NCBI GenBank assembly: GCA_027451785.1
Contig: DAIDIS010000065.1
Location: 1-39,687, forward strand
Length of the DNA: 39,687 bases
From: Acidimicrobiales bacterium
GTDB lineage: Bacteria; Actinomycetota; Acidimicrobiia; Acidimicrobiales; JAKAVM01
Reading direction: 5' to 3'
Below, in pieces: positions 1 through 8,970 of this stretch. Every line of letters starts with the position of its first letter. The stretch's first letter is position 1. Position numbers and translations under genes: made by a program. Below the pieces are notes generated by a model. That model ran no database searches, was not told the DNA's origin, and saw only the letters and a list, made by a program, of their open reading frames with translations.

Positions 1-30
1 AGCCCAGGCGTTGCCGGAACATACAGGATT

Positions 31-1260
31 TTGATTTTCGGGCCGATTCTCTCAGCGGCGGTAATCGGGGATGTCGGTTTCATCGCAGGTATTTGGCTGC
101 TATCGATGCTTGCCTGCGGCTATGTTGACTTTCATCAAAGCCACTCGGTATGGGCGATCTTCTGGTCGCTCACCATCAATGGCACGGTCTGGGCATCAAT
201 TGCCATAGCGGTTCACACCGCAATCGACTGGCTGGTGGGATGGATGAAGATCACGCAGTCTGTCGCTAGGGTCGCAGCAAAAGTTGCAGTAGCCGACTCC
301 TGGCCAGACGGTATCGCCAATTGCCTTGACAAGATCTGCGACACGTTCGGAGCTTCAGCCGCCATCGTTCTTACTGCAACCTTCAGAGAGCGCCTGAAGG
401 CAGTGGCAGCATTCCCGGAAAGGGACGTCATAGATGAATCGCTGGAGGAAGCCCTTGAAAACACTCTGGCGGAAGCGGAAATCTCTTGGGCTCAGCTCTA
501 CTCTGTTGCCCGCCAGGCCCTCGACTCCAAGAAGCCGAAGTCGGCAAACTCGATTGTGATCCTTCCCGTGACGGAGGCGTCCGGACTGGAAGTCGCCATT
601 GCGTTGTTTCCTCATGGAGGTAGCGCGTCCGCCGTCTACAAGGCCTTCGAGGCCGGGGCGAACGGAGGCAAGGACTCGATCCCGACCCATAGCTACTGGT
701 ATCGCTCGGCGGCTACAACCATAAGCGGACTGGTAGCCGGCATCGCCGAGCGGGCAACGCTGCTCCAAGAACTCAAGAACCAGGCAATGACCGATTCGCT
801 TACTGGCCTTGCAAACAGACGCCTGCTCTTCGACGTTCTCGACCGCGACCTTGACCGGGAGAGCCGCGGCGGAGGTCCTCTAAGCGTTGCCATGATCGAC
901 CTCGACAATTTCAAAGTGCTGAATGACCGTCTCGGCCATGCGGCAGGAGACGAAATGCTCCGCTCATTCGCCGAGTTACTAATCGCCTCGATACGTGGCC
1001 AGGATCTCGCCGCTCGCTACGGGGGTGAGGAATTCTGTCTGATCCTCCCGGGCACCGACATAACGGGAGCTGAGGAGCTGGTGAGGAAAATCCACCAAGC
1101 CGGCCCGGTCCGTGACGGTAACGGAAACACGTTGACCTTCTCGTCTGGAGTGGCTCAATGGAACGGCTCCGAAGGGGTCGACTCCATCCTTTTCAGGGCC
1201 GACCAAGCGCTCTACTCGGCCAAAAAAGCGGGACGAAATCGGCTGGCCGTTGCAAAGTAA
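31..1260 (+). CDS. Membrane-anchored diguanylate cyclase (TM helices, GAF-like sensor region, GGDEF domain)
   Basis: 409-aa ORF. The GGDEF domain has active-site GGEEF (RYGGEEFCLILPG), an RxxD I-site (RGQD) five residues upstream, and LTGLANRR and FKVLNDRLGH motifs. The N-terminus is hydrophobic. TTG start at 31, but the frame is open back to base 1, so the true start may lie outside the window. Confidence 0.85.
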   Translation: MIFGPILSAAVIGDVGFIAGIWLLSMLACGYVDFHQSHSVWAIFWSLTINGTVWASIAIAVHTAIDWLVGWMKITQSVARVAAKVAVADSWPDGIANCLDKICDTFGASAAIVLTATFRERLKAVAAFPERDVIDESLEEALENTLAEAEISWAQLYSVARQALDSKKPKSANSIVILPVTEASGLEVAIALFPHGGSASAVYKAFEAGANGGKDSIPTHSYWYRSAATTISGLVAGIAERATLLQELKNQAMTDSLTGLANRRLLFDVLDRDLDRESRGGGPLSVAMIDLDNFKVLNDRLGHAAGDEMLRSFAELLIASIRGQDLAARYGGEEFCLILPGTDITGAEELVRKIHQAGPVRDGNGNTLTFSSGVAQWNGSEGVDSILFRADQALYSAKKAGRNRLAVAK

Positions 1261-1485
1261 TTTTCCCTCGGGGTCACGGATCGAACCCGCAACAAGTTCC
1301 AAATCGTATCAGACTTAGTTACTATTCCCGCCGTTACTGACAGTATCGCCTAAAATTGCCTTTACAGACGCGCTTTTGTACCACTTACGGAAATATCCGT
1401 GCCATCATTGGTGTAACGGTTGGCGCCTGGGTGACGAGCACAGTGATCAGTGAATCGCCTATCTGCGTCATGCTCCGGGAATTGA

Positions 1486-2595
1486 ATGGTTATTGAAATG
1501 ACTGAGACTTTGGGAACTGAATACGGGGTCTTGGGGGGAACGTCAACGGAAGAAGTTCCCGTCGAGCTGACAATTGACGAACTTTCGGCAGAGACCGGCG
1601 TCTCTTCCCGAACCATTCGCTTTTATCAGTCGAAGGGTGCCTTACCCAGCCCTAAGCGCAAGGGCCGTATAGCCGTTTACAGCCAAGATCACGTCGACAG
1701 ATTGAAGGCAATCGTCGTCCTGCAGGACAAGGGCTTGAGGCTCGACGCAATCTGCAACATGTTGAATAACCCCAGGTTCCGGGTAGAGGACCTCGACGAA
1801 TGGCTGGGAGTCGGCGAACGACTACGTGAGTGGTGGGTGAACGACCACCCGATCTTCCTTACTCATGCAGAGTTGGTCGGCCGTCTGGGCCGTCTGGTCA
1901 ACCTGTACGAGATCAATAACCCAGATGCGGTGCTCGCTGCATCGCCTGGCAGGTACCTGAAGGACGAGCTGTCGCTCGATGCCATAGAGTCGGAGATCGT
2001 CGAGGAAATGGAGCGCCTGGGCGTTATCCACCAGGATCGGTCGCAATCGAACGGCGAAGGCGAGCCCGATACGTCTGAGGACGACAAGTTCTTCAAAACA
2101 AAGTTGCCAGTACCAAGTTCCGAGGCAGCCCAGAGACTGGCGAACAGGAGATACTACGTTCGTTCGCCTGGGTTGTTGGCCTCAGCAGCCGGCCTTCACG
2201 AGGCTGGATTGCCTTGGTTGACGATTAGAGGTTCGTACGAGATCCTGAGCAAGGCATTGGAGGATGCCTCGCGCGAGCTTTTGGTCTTTTTCCTGAGTCA
2301 GTTCGCTTCCGATCCAGCAGAAGGAAGGGAAAATCGACCCGACTTCGAGACGATCAAGAACTTGAGCATTGAGTCGGTCAGACTGATCTTCGCGAGGGAG
2401 ATGAACAACCGGCTTCGCGAGTTCGTGGCTGCGGGAGGATCTGTATCGGGAGTGATGAAGGACGGCGCCGATATTGAAGACGCTGTTGCTGAAGGCGCCG
2501 ACCGGGACGGATCAGCCCCCGAAGAGTCGGAGGGCACGCTGGCCGAGCGTGCGGAGGCACCCAATAAGGCAGCAGCTGGGGACTCGCTGATTTAG
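1486..2595 (+). CDS. MerR-family transcriptional regulator with a long uncharacterised, acidic C-terminal extension
   Basis: N-terminal MerR HTH (LTIDELSAETGVSSRTIRFYQSKGALPSPKRKGRIAVYSQDHVDRLKAIVVLQDKGL). About 270 further residues have no motif I recognise. The stop lies 3 nt before the argJ ATG. Confidence 0.8.
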   Translation: MVIEMTETLGTEYGVLGGTSTEEVPVELTIDELSAETGVSSRTIRFYQSKGALPSPKRKGRIAVYSQDHVDRLKAIVVLQDKGLRLDAICNMLNNPRFRVEDLDEWLGVGERLREWWVNDHPIFLTHAELVGRLGRLVNLYEINNPDAVLAASPGRYLKDELSLDAIESEIVEEMERLGVIHQDRSQSNGEGEPDTSEDDKFFKTKLPVPSSEAAQRLANRRYYVRSPGLLASAAGLHEAGLPWLTIRGSYEILSKALEDASRELLVFFLSQFASDPAEGRENRPDFETIKNLSIESVRLIFAREMNNRLREFVAAGGSVSGVMKDGADIEDAVAEGADRDGSAPEESEGTLAERAEAPNKAAAGDSLI

Positions 2596-2598
2596 TAG

Positions 2599-3792
2599 AT
2601 GGCCGAAGACAACCGAAATTTCCCCCAAGGGTTCGAAAGTTACGTCGCCAATGCGGGTATCAAGGACGACACCGACGATTTCTCAATCGTTGTATCCACA
2701 GTTCCATCCATCTCAGTCGGCGTGTTCACCCAAAGCCGCTTCGCCGGTCCTTCGGTGCTCATCTCCAAGGAACGATCGTCAAAGGGTCTGCTTCGTGGAG
2801 TCGTAACCACCTCCAAGAACGCGAATGTAGCGACGGGCGCCAAGGGCACTGAGGACGCCCTCAAGATAACCGAGATCGCCGGAGCGATCAGCAGGATCAA
2901 CCCGGAAGACCTCGCAATTGCATCGACGGGTGTCATCGGCAGGAATCTGCCCATGGACCGAATCGAGGGATTACTCAACGCCGGGCGGCCGAGCAGCAAT
3001 ATCCGGAAGAGCAATCCTGCGGACTTCCATTCGGTGGCAAAGGCGATGATGACAACGGATACGGTCGAAAAGATCGCCACGTCAACCGGCCGGAATTTGG
3101 ACGGCGCCGAATTTAGTGTGACGGGTATTGCAAAAGGCGTGGGCATGATTGAGCCGAACATGGCCACGATGCTCGCCTATTTTTTTACGGATGCGGCTAT
3201 CGAGCACCAGTACCTGAGTGAGATTTTCAAACGGGTGATCGCTCGCACTCTGAACTGCGTTTCCATAGATGGAGACACGTCGACATCCGACACTTCGCTT
3301 GTTTTTGCCAACGGCTTGGCCGGGCAAGTGGAACCTGGCGCCTTGGAGCAGGAACTGGAAGCCGTTGCACTGGCATTAACCAAAGCAATCGCCCGCGACG
3401 GCGAAGGCGCAACCAAACTGCTGGAAGTCACCGTGGATTGTGCCAGAGACTACGACCAAGCCAAAAAGGTCGCAAAGCTCATCGTCAACTCACCCCTTGT
3501 AAAGGCTGCAGTCAATGGAGCCGACCCCAACTGGGGAAGAGTCGCCATGGCGATCGGCAAGGCAGAAGACGAGAAGGACATAACGCCCGAAACTACGACC
3601 ATAAGGTTCGGAAATATCGAGACCTACCCGGCGGTCATCGATGACGCTGACCTCGCTCGCCTTTCGAGCATGATGCAAGACGATCATGTGCTCATACACG
3701 TAAGCTTGGGTACAGGTAACTCCGGTGCAACAGTTTGGGGATGCGATCTTTCCGATGGCTACGTCAGGATTAATGCCGACTACACAACATAG
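2599..3792 (+). CDS. argJ: Bifunctional ornithine acetyltransferase / N-acetylglutamate synthase
   Basis: 397 aa. Autoproteolysis and active-site motif GMIEPNMATMLAYFFTDA (cleavage before the Thr of TML), plus KNANVATG and MMTTDT motifs typical of ArgJ. Confidence 0.9.
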   Translation: MAEDNRNFPQGFESYVANAGIKDDTDDFSIVVSTVPSISVGVFTQSRFAGPSVLISKERSSKGLLRGVVTTSKNANVATGAKGTEDALKITEIAGAISRINPEDLAIASTGVIGRNLPMDRIEGLLNAGRPSSNIRKSNPADFHSVAKAMMTTDTVEKIATSTGRNLDGAEFSVTGIAKGVGMIEPNMATMLAYFFTDAAIEHQYLSEIFKRVIARTLNCVSIDGDTSTSDTSLVFANGLAGQVEPGALEQELEAVALALTKAIARDGEGATKLLEVTVDCARDYDQAKKVAKLIVNSPLVKAAVNGADPNWGRVAMAIGKAEDEKDITPETTTIRFGNIETYPAVIDDADLARLSSMMQDDHVLIHVSLGTGNSGATVWGCDLSDGYVRINADYTT

Positions 3793-3795
3793 GCC

Positions 3796-4944
3796 ATGAG
3801 CACTACACGTAGCGGGATCGACTCTTCAGAGCGTTTGAAAGAGGCGTCGCAGGAGTCGATCGAGGCAATGGCGTCTGGGCTCTTTGCACTGAGTAGGGAC
3901 ATTCATTCCAACCCTGAGCTCTCGTTCGAGGAATACCAAGCCTCGGAATGGACAGCCAGTATGTTGGGATCGTTGGGCATGGATGTCGAGACCGGCGTCT
4001 GCGACCTGCCCACCGCCTTTGTGGCAACCGCAGGATCCGGCCCGTTGGTCATTTCGGTTTGCGCGGAATACGACGCTCTGCCGGGCGTGGGTCACGCTTG
4101 CGGACACAACGTAATCGCGGCCAGTGCCGTCGGTGCGGCAGCGGGACTGGTGCCATTGCTGGACGAGATCGGCGTCACATTGAAGGTGATGGGCACCCCA
4201 GCAGAGGAAGGCGGCGGCGGGAAGATATTGATGATGGAGAGAGGCGCTTTCGACGGAGTCCACGCGTCGATGATGGTCCACCCCGCTCCTCACAACTCAC
4301 CCCAGATGGAGTGTCTTGCCGTCTCCCACATCCAGGCCAGGTATCAAGGCCGTGCTTCTCATGCTTCCGGTGCACCCGAACTTGGGATCAACGCGGCAGA
4401 CGCACTCACAGTCGCGCAGGTCTCGATAGGGCTGCTGCGCCAGCACATACCCCTTTCGTCCAGGGTTCACGGAATCATCACCAAGGGAGGTGATGCCGCC
4501 AACATCGTCCCTGAGGTCGCAGAAGGCGAGTTTTTCGTCCGGGCAAAGACCCTGGCCGAGCTGAGCAAGCTTAACCCCCGCATTCATAGGTGCTTCGAAG
4601 CAGGAGCTCTCGCAACCGGATGCGAACTCACGATCACCGAACTCTCACCCGACTATTCAGAGTTCCGAACTGACCAGCAATTGCTGGACGTCTACCTATC
4701 CAACGCAAAGCGGCTTGGAAGAGCAGACTCTCCCGCCACTCCGACGCCGATGTCTACAGACATGGCCAACGTTTCCCTGTCTATTCCGTCGTTGCATCCT
4801 CTTCTTGCAATTGACTCAGGACCTTACGTGAATCACCAAGCCGGGTTCGCAAAAGCAGCTATATCACCATCGGCAGATAGGGCGCTGCTGGACGGCTCGA
4901 TCGCAATGGCGTGGACGACCATCGATCTTGGTCTTGGACAATAG
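3796..4944 (+). CDS. M20-family (M20D-type) amidohydrolase / peptidase
   Basis: 382 aa. Metal-binding motifs CAEYDALPGVGHACGHNVIAASAVGAA and GTPAEEGGGGK resemble AbgB/HipO-like amidohydrolases. The ATG lies 3 nt after the argJ stop. Confidence 0.8.
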   Translation: MSTTRSGIDSSERLKEASQESIEAMASGLFALSRDIHSNPELSFEEYQASEWTASMLGSLGMDVETGVCDLPTAFVATAGSGPLVISVCAEYDALPGVGHACGHNVIAASAVGAAAGLVPLLDEIGVTLKVMGTPAEEGGGGKILMMERGAFDGVHASMMVHPAPHNSPQMECLAVSHIQARYQGRASHASGAPELGINAADALTVAQVSIGLLRQHIPLSSRVHGIITKGGDAANIVPEVAEGEFFVRAKTLAELSKLNPRIHRCFEAGALATGCELTITELSPDYSEFRTDQQLLDVYLSNAKRLGRADSPATPTPMSTDMANVSLSIPSLHPLLAIDSGPYVNHQAGFAKAAISPSADRALLDGSIAMAWTTIDLGLGQ

Positions 4945-5077
4945 AGGCTTTCCAAGCGAAGGCCCCTTGCGACATCCGAAAGCAGGCATGCTTTCAGGCC
5001 AGTCATTGAGATCATTCCGGCGCATCCAATTGAATCCCGGTGTTCCATACACGGCTCTCGACTAGCCGTGGCCTAAA

Positions 5078-5107
5078 AAGAGGAGTGGCCTTTCGGCCAC
5101 CCCTCTT
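5078..5107. terminator. Bidirectional hairpin terminator between convergent genes
   Basis: AAGAGGAGTGGCC-TTTC-GGCCACCCCTCTT forms a 13-position stem with one A/C mismatch and a 4-nt loop, flanked by an A-run on one side and T-rich sequence on the other. It sits between the M20 gene (+) and the IPT/TIG gene (-). Confidence 0.6.
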
Positions 5108-5179
5108 CATCATCTGTCCGATCCGTTACGCCTGCAGCAGCGAGTCAGTCGGAAGATTGTCGCACTTGAGCCGTTCCAG

Positions 5180-6940
5180 CTAAGAGCCCGTGCCTCCCTT
5201 TGTCGCCCCTTGCGGAATCACGAAGGCGATCATGATCCCCATCACTCCCTGGTCGGAGGAACCTGCGTCCGCGTTGTTGTCGTAGACAGCGTGGATGGAA
5301 ACTTGGTCTCCCGAGTTCAAAGTCGCAATGGGCGGTCCTCCCAGGATTCCTCCTCCACACTCGACCATGGAGTCGATCACTTCAGCTCCAATCGGCATCG
5401 ACTGCATGCCCTGCATTCCGGACATGCTGGGAGCAGCCGTATAGCTCGCGACCGAGTTGCAAAGCAACAGGTTGTTCTGGGTGTTGTCCACCGCGTACTC
5501 GTTGATACCGCCGTCATGTACGTGCCCGGCAATTCCGATCAACTGACCCGGGACGTTCACGTTCCAGGTGTAGTTCAAGACGTTGTAGCCGGAATTCGGC
5601 AGGTTGACCTCAGACGTACCGCACTGGTCAACGTCGAGCCAAACAGGCCGCAATGGAGTGAGCGCAGCAGAAGCGGGCACCCAGGTTGCGGTGAGTGAGA
5701 TATCCACGTTTATCGCTTGCGGGTTCATGTTCATCAGCATGTAGATCATCGACCAACTGTCGCTGGCTCCGATGTAGTAGCCGAAACCTGGAGGCAGGAT
5801 CATCTTGGTGCGCTCGTCACCGGAAGCGAAGAAGCGCTCACCGTTTACCCCTAGGAAGTTCCAAATCGCACTTGGGCATGTCGCATCCGTGTGCCCATTA
5901 TCCAGGAAGACCACGTGATGGAACCATGCTCCTGACCCGAGTGTTGCATCCTGTCCGTTGGTGTAGGTCATGTTTGCCTGGAGCGAAGTTAGGTAACAGT
6001 TGTGGCATGGAACCGCCAGGTTGGTCATGGGGTTGTTCCAGTCTTGACCCATTGCTGACGACGTTGCAGCCGGGATGCTTATCGGGCCATAGGACTCGGT
6101 GACCTGGGTGCCCTGAGGCGTGAAGCTCCCCAGACCTGCAGTCGGGTCAGCTCCAGCAACCGCGATTATGTTCTGGTTGGCCGTGGTCCCCGGCACCGAC
6201 TTCGGGTCGATCGAACAATCCGGGCCGACTGTTGCGCAATTGCTCACCAACGGGGTCCCCGGACCATAGTAGGACGGACCACTGGGAGTGGTGTAGGTAA
6301 AAGAGTCAGCCGATGAAGCGACCGACGTCCCGCCCGGTGTAGTGACCGTCACGTCGACGGTTCCGCTCCCGGCAGGGCTCGTCGCCATCACAGATGTAGG
6401 ACTCATAACCATAACGCTGGAGCCGGCTGAAGCTCCAAAGTTGACGCCCGTAACGCCGGAGAGGTTGGTTCCGGTAATCGTGACCGAAGTGCCACCGTCA
6501 CTCGGCCCGCTGTTAGGCGCAACCGCTGACACAGTCGGAACATTTGAACCGCCGCCTCCGCCGCCTCCGCCGGTGGTCGGCCCTGGATATTGGAAAGTCG
6601 CCATCGTGGAGTTCGAGGACGTACCGGCAGAAGTGGTTACCGTCACCGGCACCTTGCCCGACGGACCAGACGGCGCGAACGTGATCACCATTCCAAATAG
6701 GGAGAAATAGAAGCTGGCCGGCGTAGTGCCGAAATCAACGCCGGTTACACCCATCAGGCCGGACCCGTGAATGAAGACGAGAGAACCGGCACTTCCCGAA
6801 GAAGGGGATACCGAGGTCACGGTTGGGCTCATAGCTGCCGAGGCAACTGAAGGCGAAACCAAGGAAATCGAGCCAAAAAGCAAAATTGGCAATGCTGATG
6901 CGGCCATGGCCGAAACCAGAAGCCTGGGCGTTCTTCTCAT
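5180..6940 (-). CDS. Secreted protein: signal peptide, 2 IPT/TIG Ig-like repeats, Gly8 linker, and a ~330-aa His/Met-motif C-terminal domain of unknown function
   Basis: The ORF runs 5180..6967. The ATG at 6940 is preferred because GAGGTG lies about 5 nt upstream. Signal peptide MRRTPRLLVSAMAASALPILLFGSISLVSPSVASA. Two repeats of the type VSxVxPxSGxxxGGTxVTIxGxxLxGVTGVxFG. The C-terminal domain carries WFHHVVF and AGHVHDGG. Confidence 0.75.
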   Translation of the reverse strand: MRRTPRLLVSAMAASALPILLFGSISLVSPSVASAAMSPTVTSVSPSSGSAGSLVFIHGSGLMGVTGVDFGTTPASFYFSLFGMVITFAPSGPSGKVPVTVTTSAGTSSNSTMATFQYPGPTTGGGGGGGGSNVPTVSAVAPNSGPSDGGTSVTITGTNLSGVTGVNFGASAGSSVMVMSPTSVMATSPAGSGTVDVTVTTPGGTSVASSADSFTYTTPSGPSYYGPGTPLVSNCATVGPDCSIDPKSVPGTTANQNIIAVAGADPTAGLGSFTPQGTQVTESYGPISIPAATSSAMGQDWNNPMTNLAVPCHNCYLTSLQANMTYTNGQDATLGSGAWFHHVVFLDNGHTDATCPSAIWNFLGVNGERFFASGDERTKMILPPGFGYYIGASDSWSMIYMLMNMNPQAINVDISLTATWVPASAALTPLRPVWLDVDQCGTSEVNLPNSGYNVLNYTWNVNVPGQLIGIAGHVHDGGINEYAVDNTQNNLLLCNSVASYTAAPSMSGMQGMQSMPIGAEVIDSMVECGGGILGGPPIATLNSGDQVSIHAVYDNNADAGSSDQGVMGIMIAFVIPQGATKGGTGS

Positions 6941-7012
6941 ACACACCTCGCTAGTCATTCGCAGCACCTGCGACCTGTACCTGTTTTCCGTTGCCGCAAG
7001 CTATTGACTATC

Positions 7013-7043
7013 GCTCAATTAACCTAATTGAGCTAAGCTCAAT
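7013..7043. promoter_or_regulatory. Candidate operator: perfect 8-bp inverted repeat plus a third half-site
   Basis: GCTCAATT-AACCT-AATTGAGC at 7013-7033 is followed by a third GCTCAAT at 7037-7043. It lies 73-103 nt upstream of the IPT/TIG gene start, in an AT-rich divergent intergenic region. Confidence 0.3.
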
Positions 7044-7353
7044 AGAATCAAAAAGATCCCTTCGCCCAAACCCCCAACCCGTGACCTCTGACTCAACCCA
7101 CGACATGTCACGCGGTTACGCTGCATCTTTTCGCTTATTTACCCTTGCGACAATCCCCACTTGGGTCAGGAGCCTAACATATTGACTAGAAGTGTCAAGC
7201 AAGTATTTAGGAAATTAAGAAAGCATTTTAGTTCCTGAATACTTCCTATAGAACGGTGCGCGAGCTGACGGCTTGGCCTTTCGGGCTCAAAGCCGTCCGA
7301 GACAAGATCATGCGGATAGAGTTGATCCATACAAACTTCGGCAGGACGGAGCC

Positions 7354-7617
7354 ATGGATAACTTCAATCAGTCCCAACGGATAGTTCTCATTGTTGGAAT
7401 TGGTATGGCCATCGCCATTTTCGGCTTCTGGGTAACAAATCTCACTCCCGGTGCTCCCGGACCGGTCGCCTACGCCCCGCTCACCAGAGCACCTTTCGGC
7501 CCATCCCTTCCTGGCGGACTTCATCCGTGGGTACAAATGGTGGTTTGGATGATCCTGATCATCGCTTGGGTGGCAATTGCCCTCAGAATCCTCCGAGATA
7601 AAGCCGCCGCGGAATGA
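7354..7617 (+). CDS. Small membrane protein (2 predicted TM helices), function unknown
   Basis: 87 aa from the ATG at 7354 (MDNFNQSQRIVLIVGIGMAIAIFGFWV...VVWMILIIAWVAIALRIL), with GGAG a few nt upstream. A TTGACT-N16-TATTTA promoter-like pair lies at 7182-7209. No recognisable family. Confidence 0.5.
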   Translation: MDNFNQSQRIVLIVGIGMAIAIFGFWVTNLTPGAPGPVAYAPLTRAPFGPSLPGGLHPWVQMVVWMILIIAWVAIALRILRDKAAAE

Positions 7618-7706
7618 GGCCCAGCTTGCTCGACTACCCCTCGTAACCGACACGCCAACCCGCACCGACACGTAAGCCAAGGCCGTCCCCCCAGGAGACC
7701 AACGAG

Positions 7707-7778
7707 AGCCCGAGGTCGGGATTGAACCGACGACCTGCTCATTACGAGTGAGCTGCTCTACCACTGAGCTACCCGGGC
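7707..7778 (-). tRNA. tRNA-Thr (anticodon CGU)
   Basis: The reverse complement folds as a cloverleaf: acceptor GCCCGGG/CTCGGGC, D arm GCTC-AGTGGTA-GAGC, anticodon arm GCTCA-CTCGTAA-TGAGC (anticodon CGT), T arm GTCGG-TTCAATC-CCGAC. The 3' CCA is not encoded. Confidence 0.9.
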
Positions 7779-7814
7779 GCGGACCTCAACTTTACTTCCT
7801 GTCCACCGGCAAGG

Positions 7815-8936
7815 CTAAGTGCAGTCCTCCAAAATATCCGCAAGCCTGATCAACAACGCCTGGATCGCCAGTGGCTCGACTGGGTTTCTGAACAGCGAGT
7901 CCGAAGTTTCTCTGATCAGCTCAACAGACCTCACCACCGCAGCTCCGCCCAACCTAGGACGCGGATCACTCGACCCACCGCTTGCTTCAATGCCTGGCCG
8001 AATCTGCTCCAAGTAACGATTGGCCATCATCGACAATCCCATCCTCAACTCGTCGGTCTTGATTTTCCGCCTTTGCCTTTTGTGGGCTTTCTCCAACTCG
8101 GTCTCGTCGGTTTTTGATGCTGACTTTTGGCGTCGTGCCTCAGCAAGCGCCTTGGTCTCATCAGCCTGGCGCCCTTCGACGACGGACACTGCCCTCTCGA
8201 CCGAATCGAGTACTTCTTTGGTCAGATCGATCACCAAAGCGCCGTTCTTCGCCTCCAGCCGATCAGGAATGGACCTCCAGAGATTGCTACGGGAAAGGGA
8301 CTCTGGATCCGATACAAGGCGCCGCGCCCGAGAAAGGCTCCCCCCGGCGACCAGAGCGACATTGTGAGCCGAATCCTCGGCCACACCGTCGGCAACCAAG
8401 GCTGACACAAGCTCTTGCTGACTCAGGGGCTCCATCCGAACGATGACGCATCGTGAGGCGATGGTGCGCAACGGGGAAGTCACTGAGTTCGCGATAACGA
8501 TAAACACAGTCGACTGAGGTGGCTCTTCCAGCGACTTCAGCAATGCGGGCGCCGCACCTTCTGCAGTGTGAAAATCCCGGAGAACCAATACCCGGCGCTT
8601 GGCAATCGAAGGGGATCTGAGTGACCAGGTCCCGATATCGCGTGTTTGCTCCACCGACCAGCTTGGACCTTCGTGTGAGAACACATTGACGTCGGGATGG
8701 CGACCGTCCATTACCGCCTCGCAATTCCAACATGATCCGCAGGGCTTGTCTCCGTCTTCACAGACAAGAGTGGCCGCGAATCCTTCAGCGGCAGCAAGCT
8801 TACCGACGCCTTCCATCCCGAGGATCATGTAAGCATGCACGGGACTCGCTGCCAACTTCTTCAGCTGCTCGATTACGGAGCGTTGCCCAACCACATTCCC
8901 GAATGGATTTCGACTGGTGCCGAATAGGTCAGCCAC
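7815..8936 (-). CDS. holB: DNA polymerase III delta-prime subunit
   Basis: AAA+ clamp-loader motifs HAYMILGMEGVGKLAAA, Zn-module CGSCWNCEAV, and LKSLEEPP (sensor/SRC region). The ORF extends to an ATG at 9023 and would then overlap tmk by 53 nt. A GTG at 8936 with a G-rich stretch upstream seems more likely. The start is uncertain. Confidence 0.85.
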   Translation of the reverse strand: MADLFGTSRNPFGNVVGQRSVIEQLKKLAASPVHAYMILGMEGVGKLAAAEGFAATLVCEDGDKPCGSCWNCEAVMDGRHPDVNVFSHEGPSWSVEQTRDIGTWSLRSPSIAKRRVLVLRDFHTAEGAAPALLKSLEEPPQSTVFIVIANSVTSPLRTIASRCVIVRMEPLSQQELVSALVADGVAEDSAHNVALVAGGSLSRARRLVSDPESLSRSNLWRSIPDRLEAKNGALVIDLTKEVLDSVERAVSVVEGRQADETKALAEARRQKSASKTDETELEKAHKRQRRKIKTDELRMGLSMMANRYLEQIRPGIEASGGSSDPRPRLGGAAVVRSVELIRETSDSLFRNPVEPLAIQALLIRLADILEDCT

Positions 8937-8970
8937 CAAACCCCCAATACATTGGCTAATTGCCGGGTAC

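Noticed and set aside
1268-1296. GGATCGAACCC segment just after the diguanylate cyclase stop. On the - strand it reads GGGTTCGATCC, like a tRNA T-arm.
   Set aside because: Only a T-loop-like hairpin can be drawn, with a shifted loop. No acceptor, D or anticodon arms can be folded around it. It is most likely a chance match or a weak terminator stem, not a tRNA or tRNA remnant.
7246-7764. 172-aa ORF on the - strand spanning tRNA-Thr and running antisense to the small membrane-protein gene. Likewise, the ORF at 37312-37593 spans tRNA-Pro.
   Set aside because: Both read straight through well-folded tRNA genes, so they are artefacts of ORF calling.
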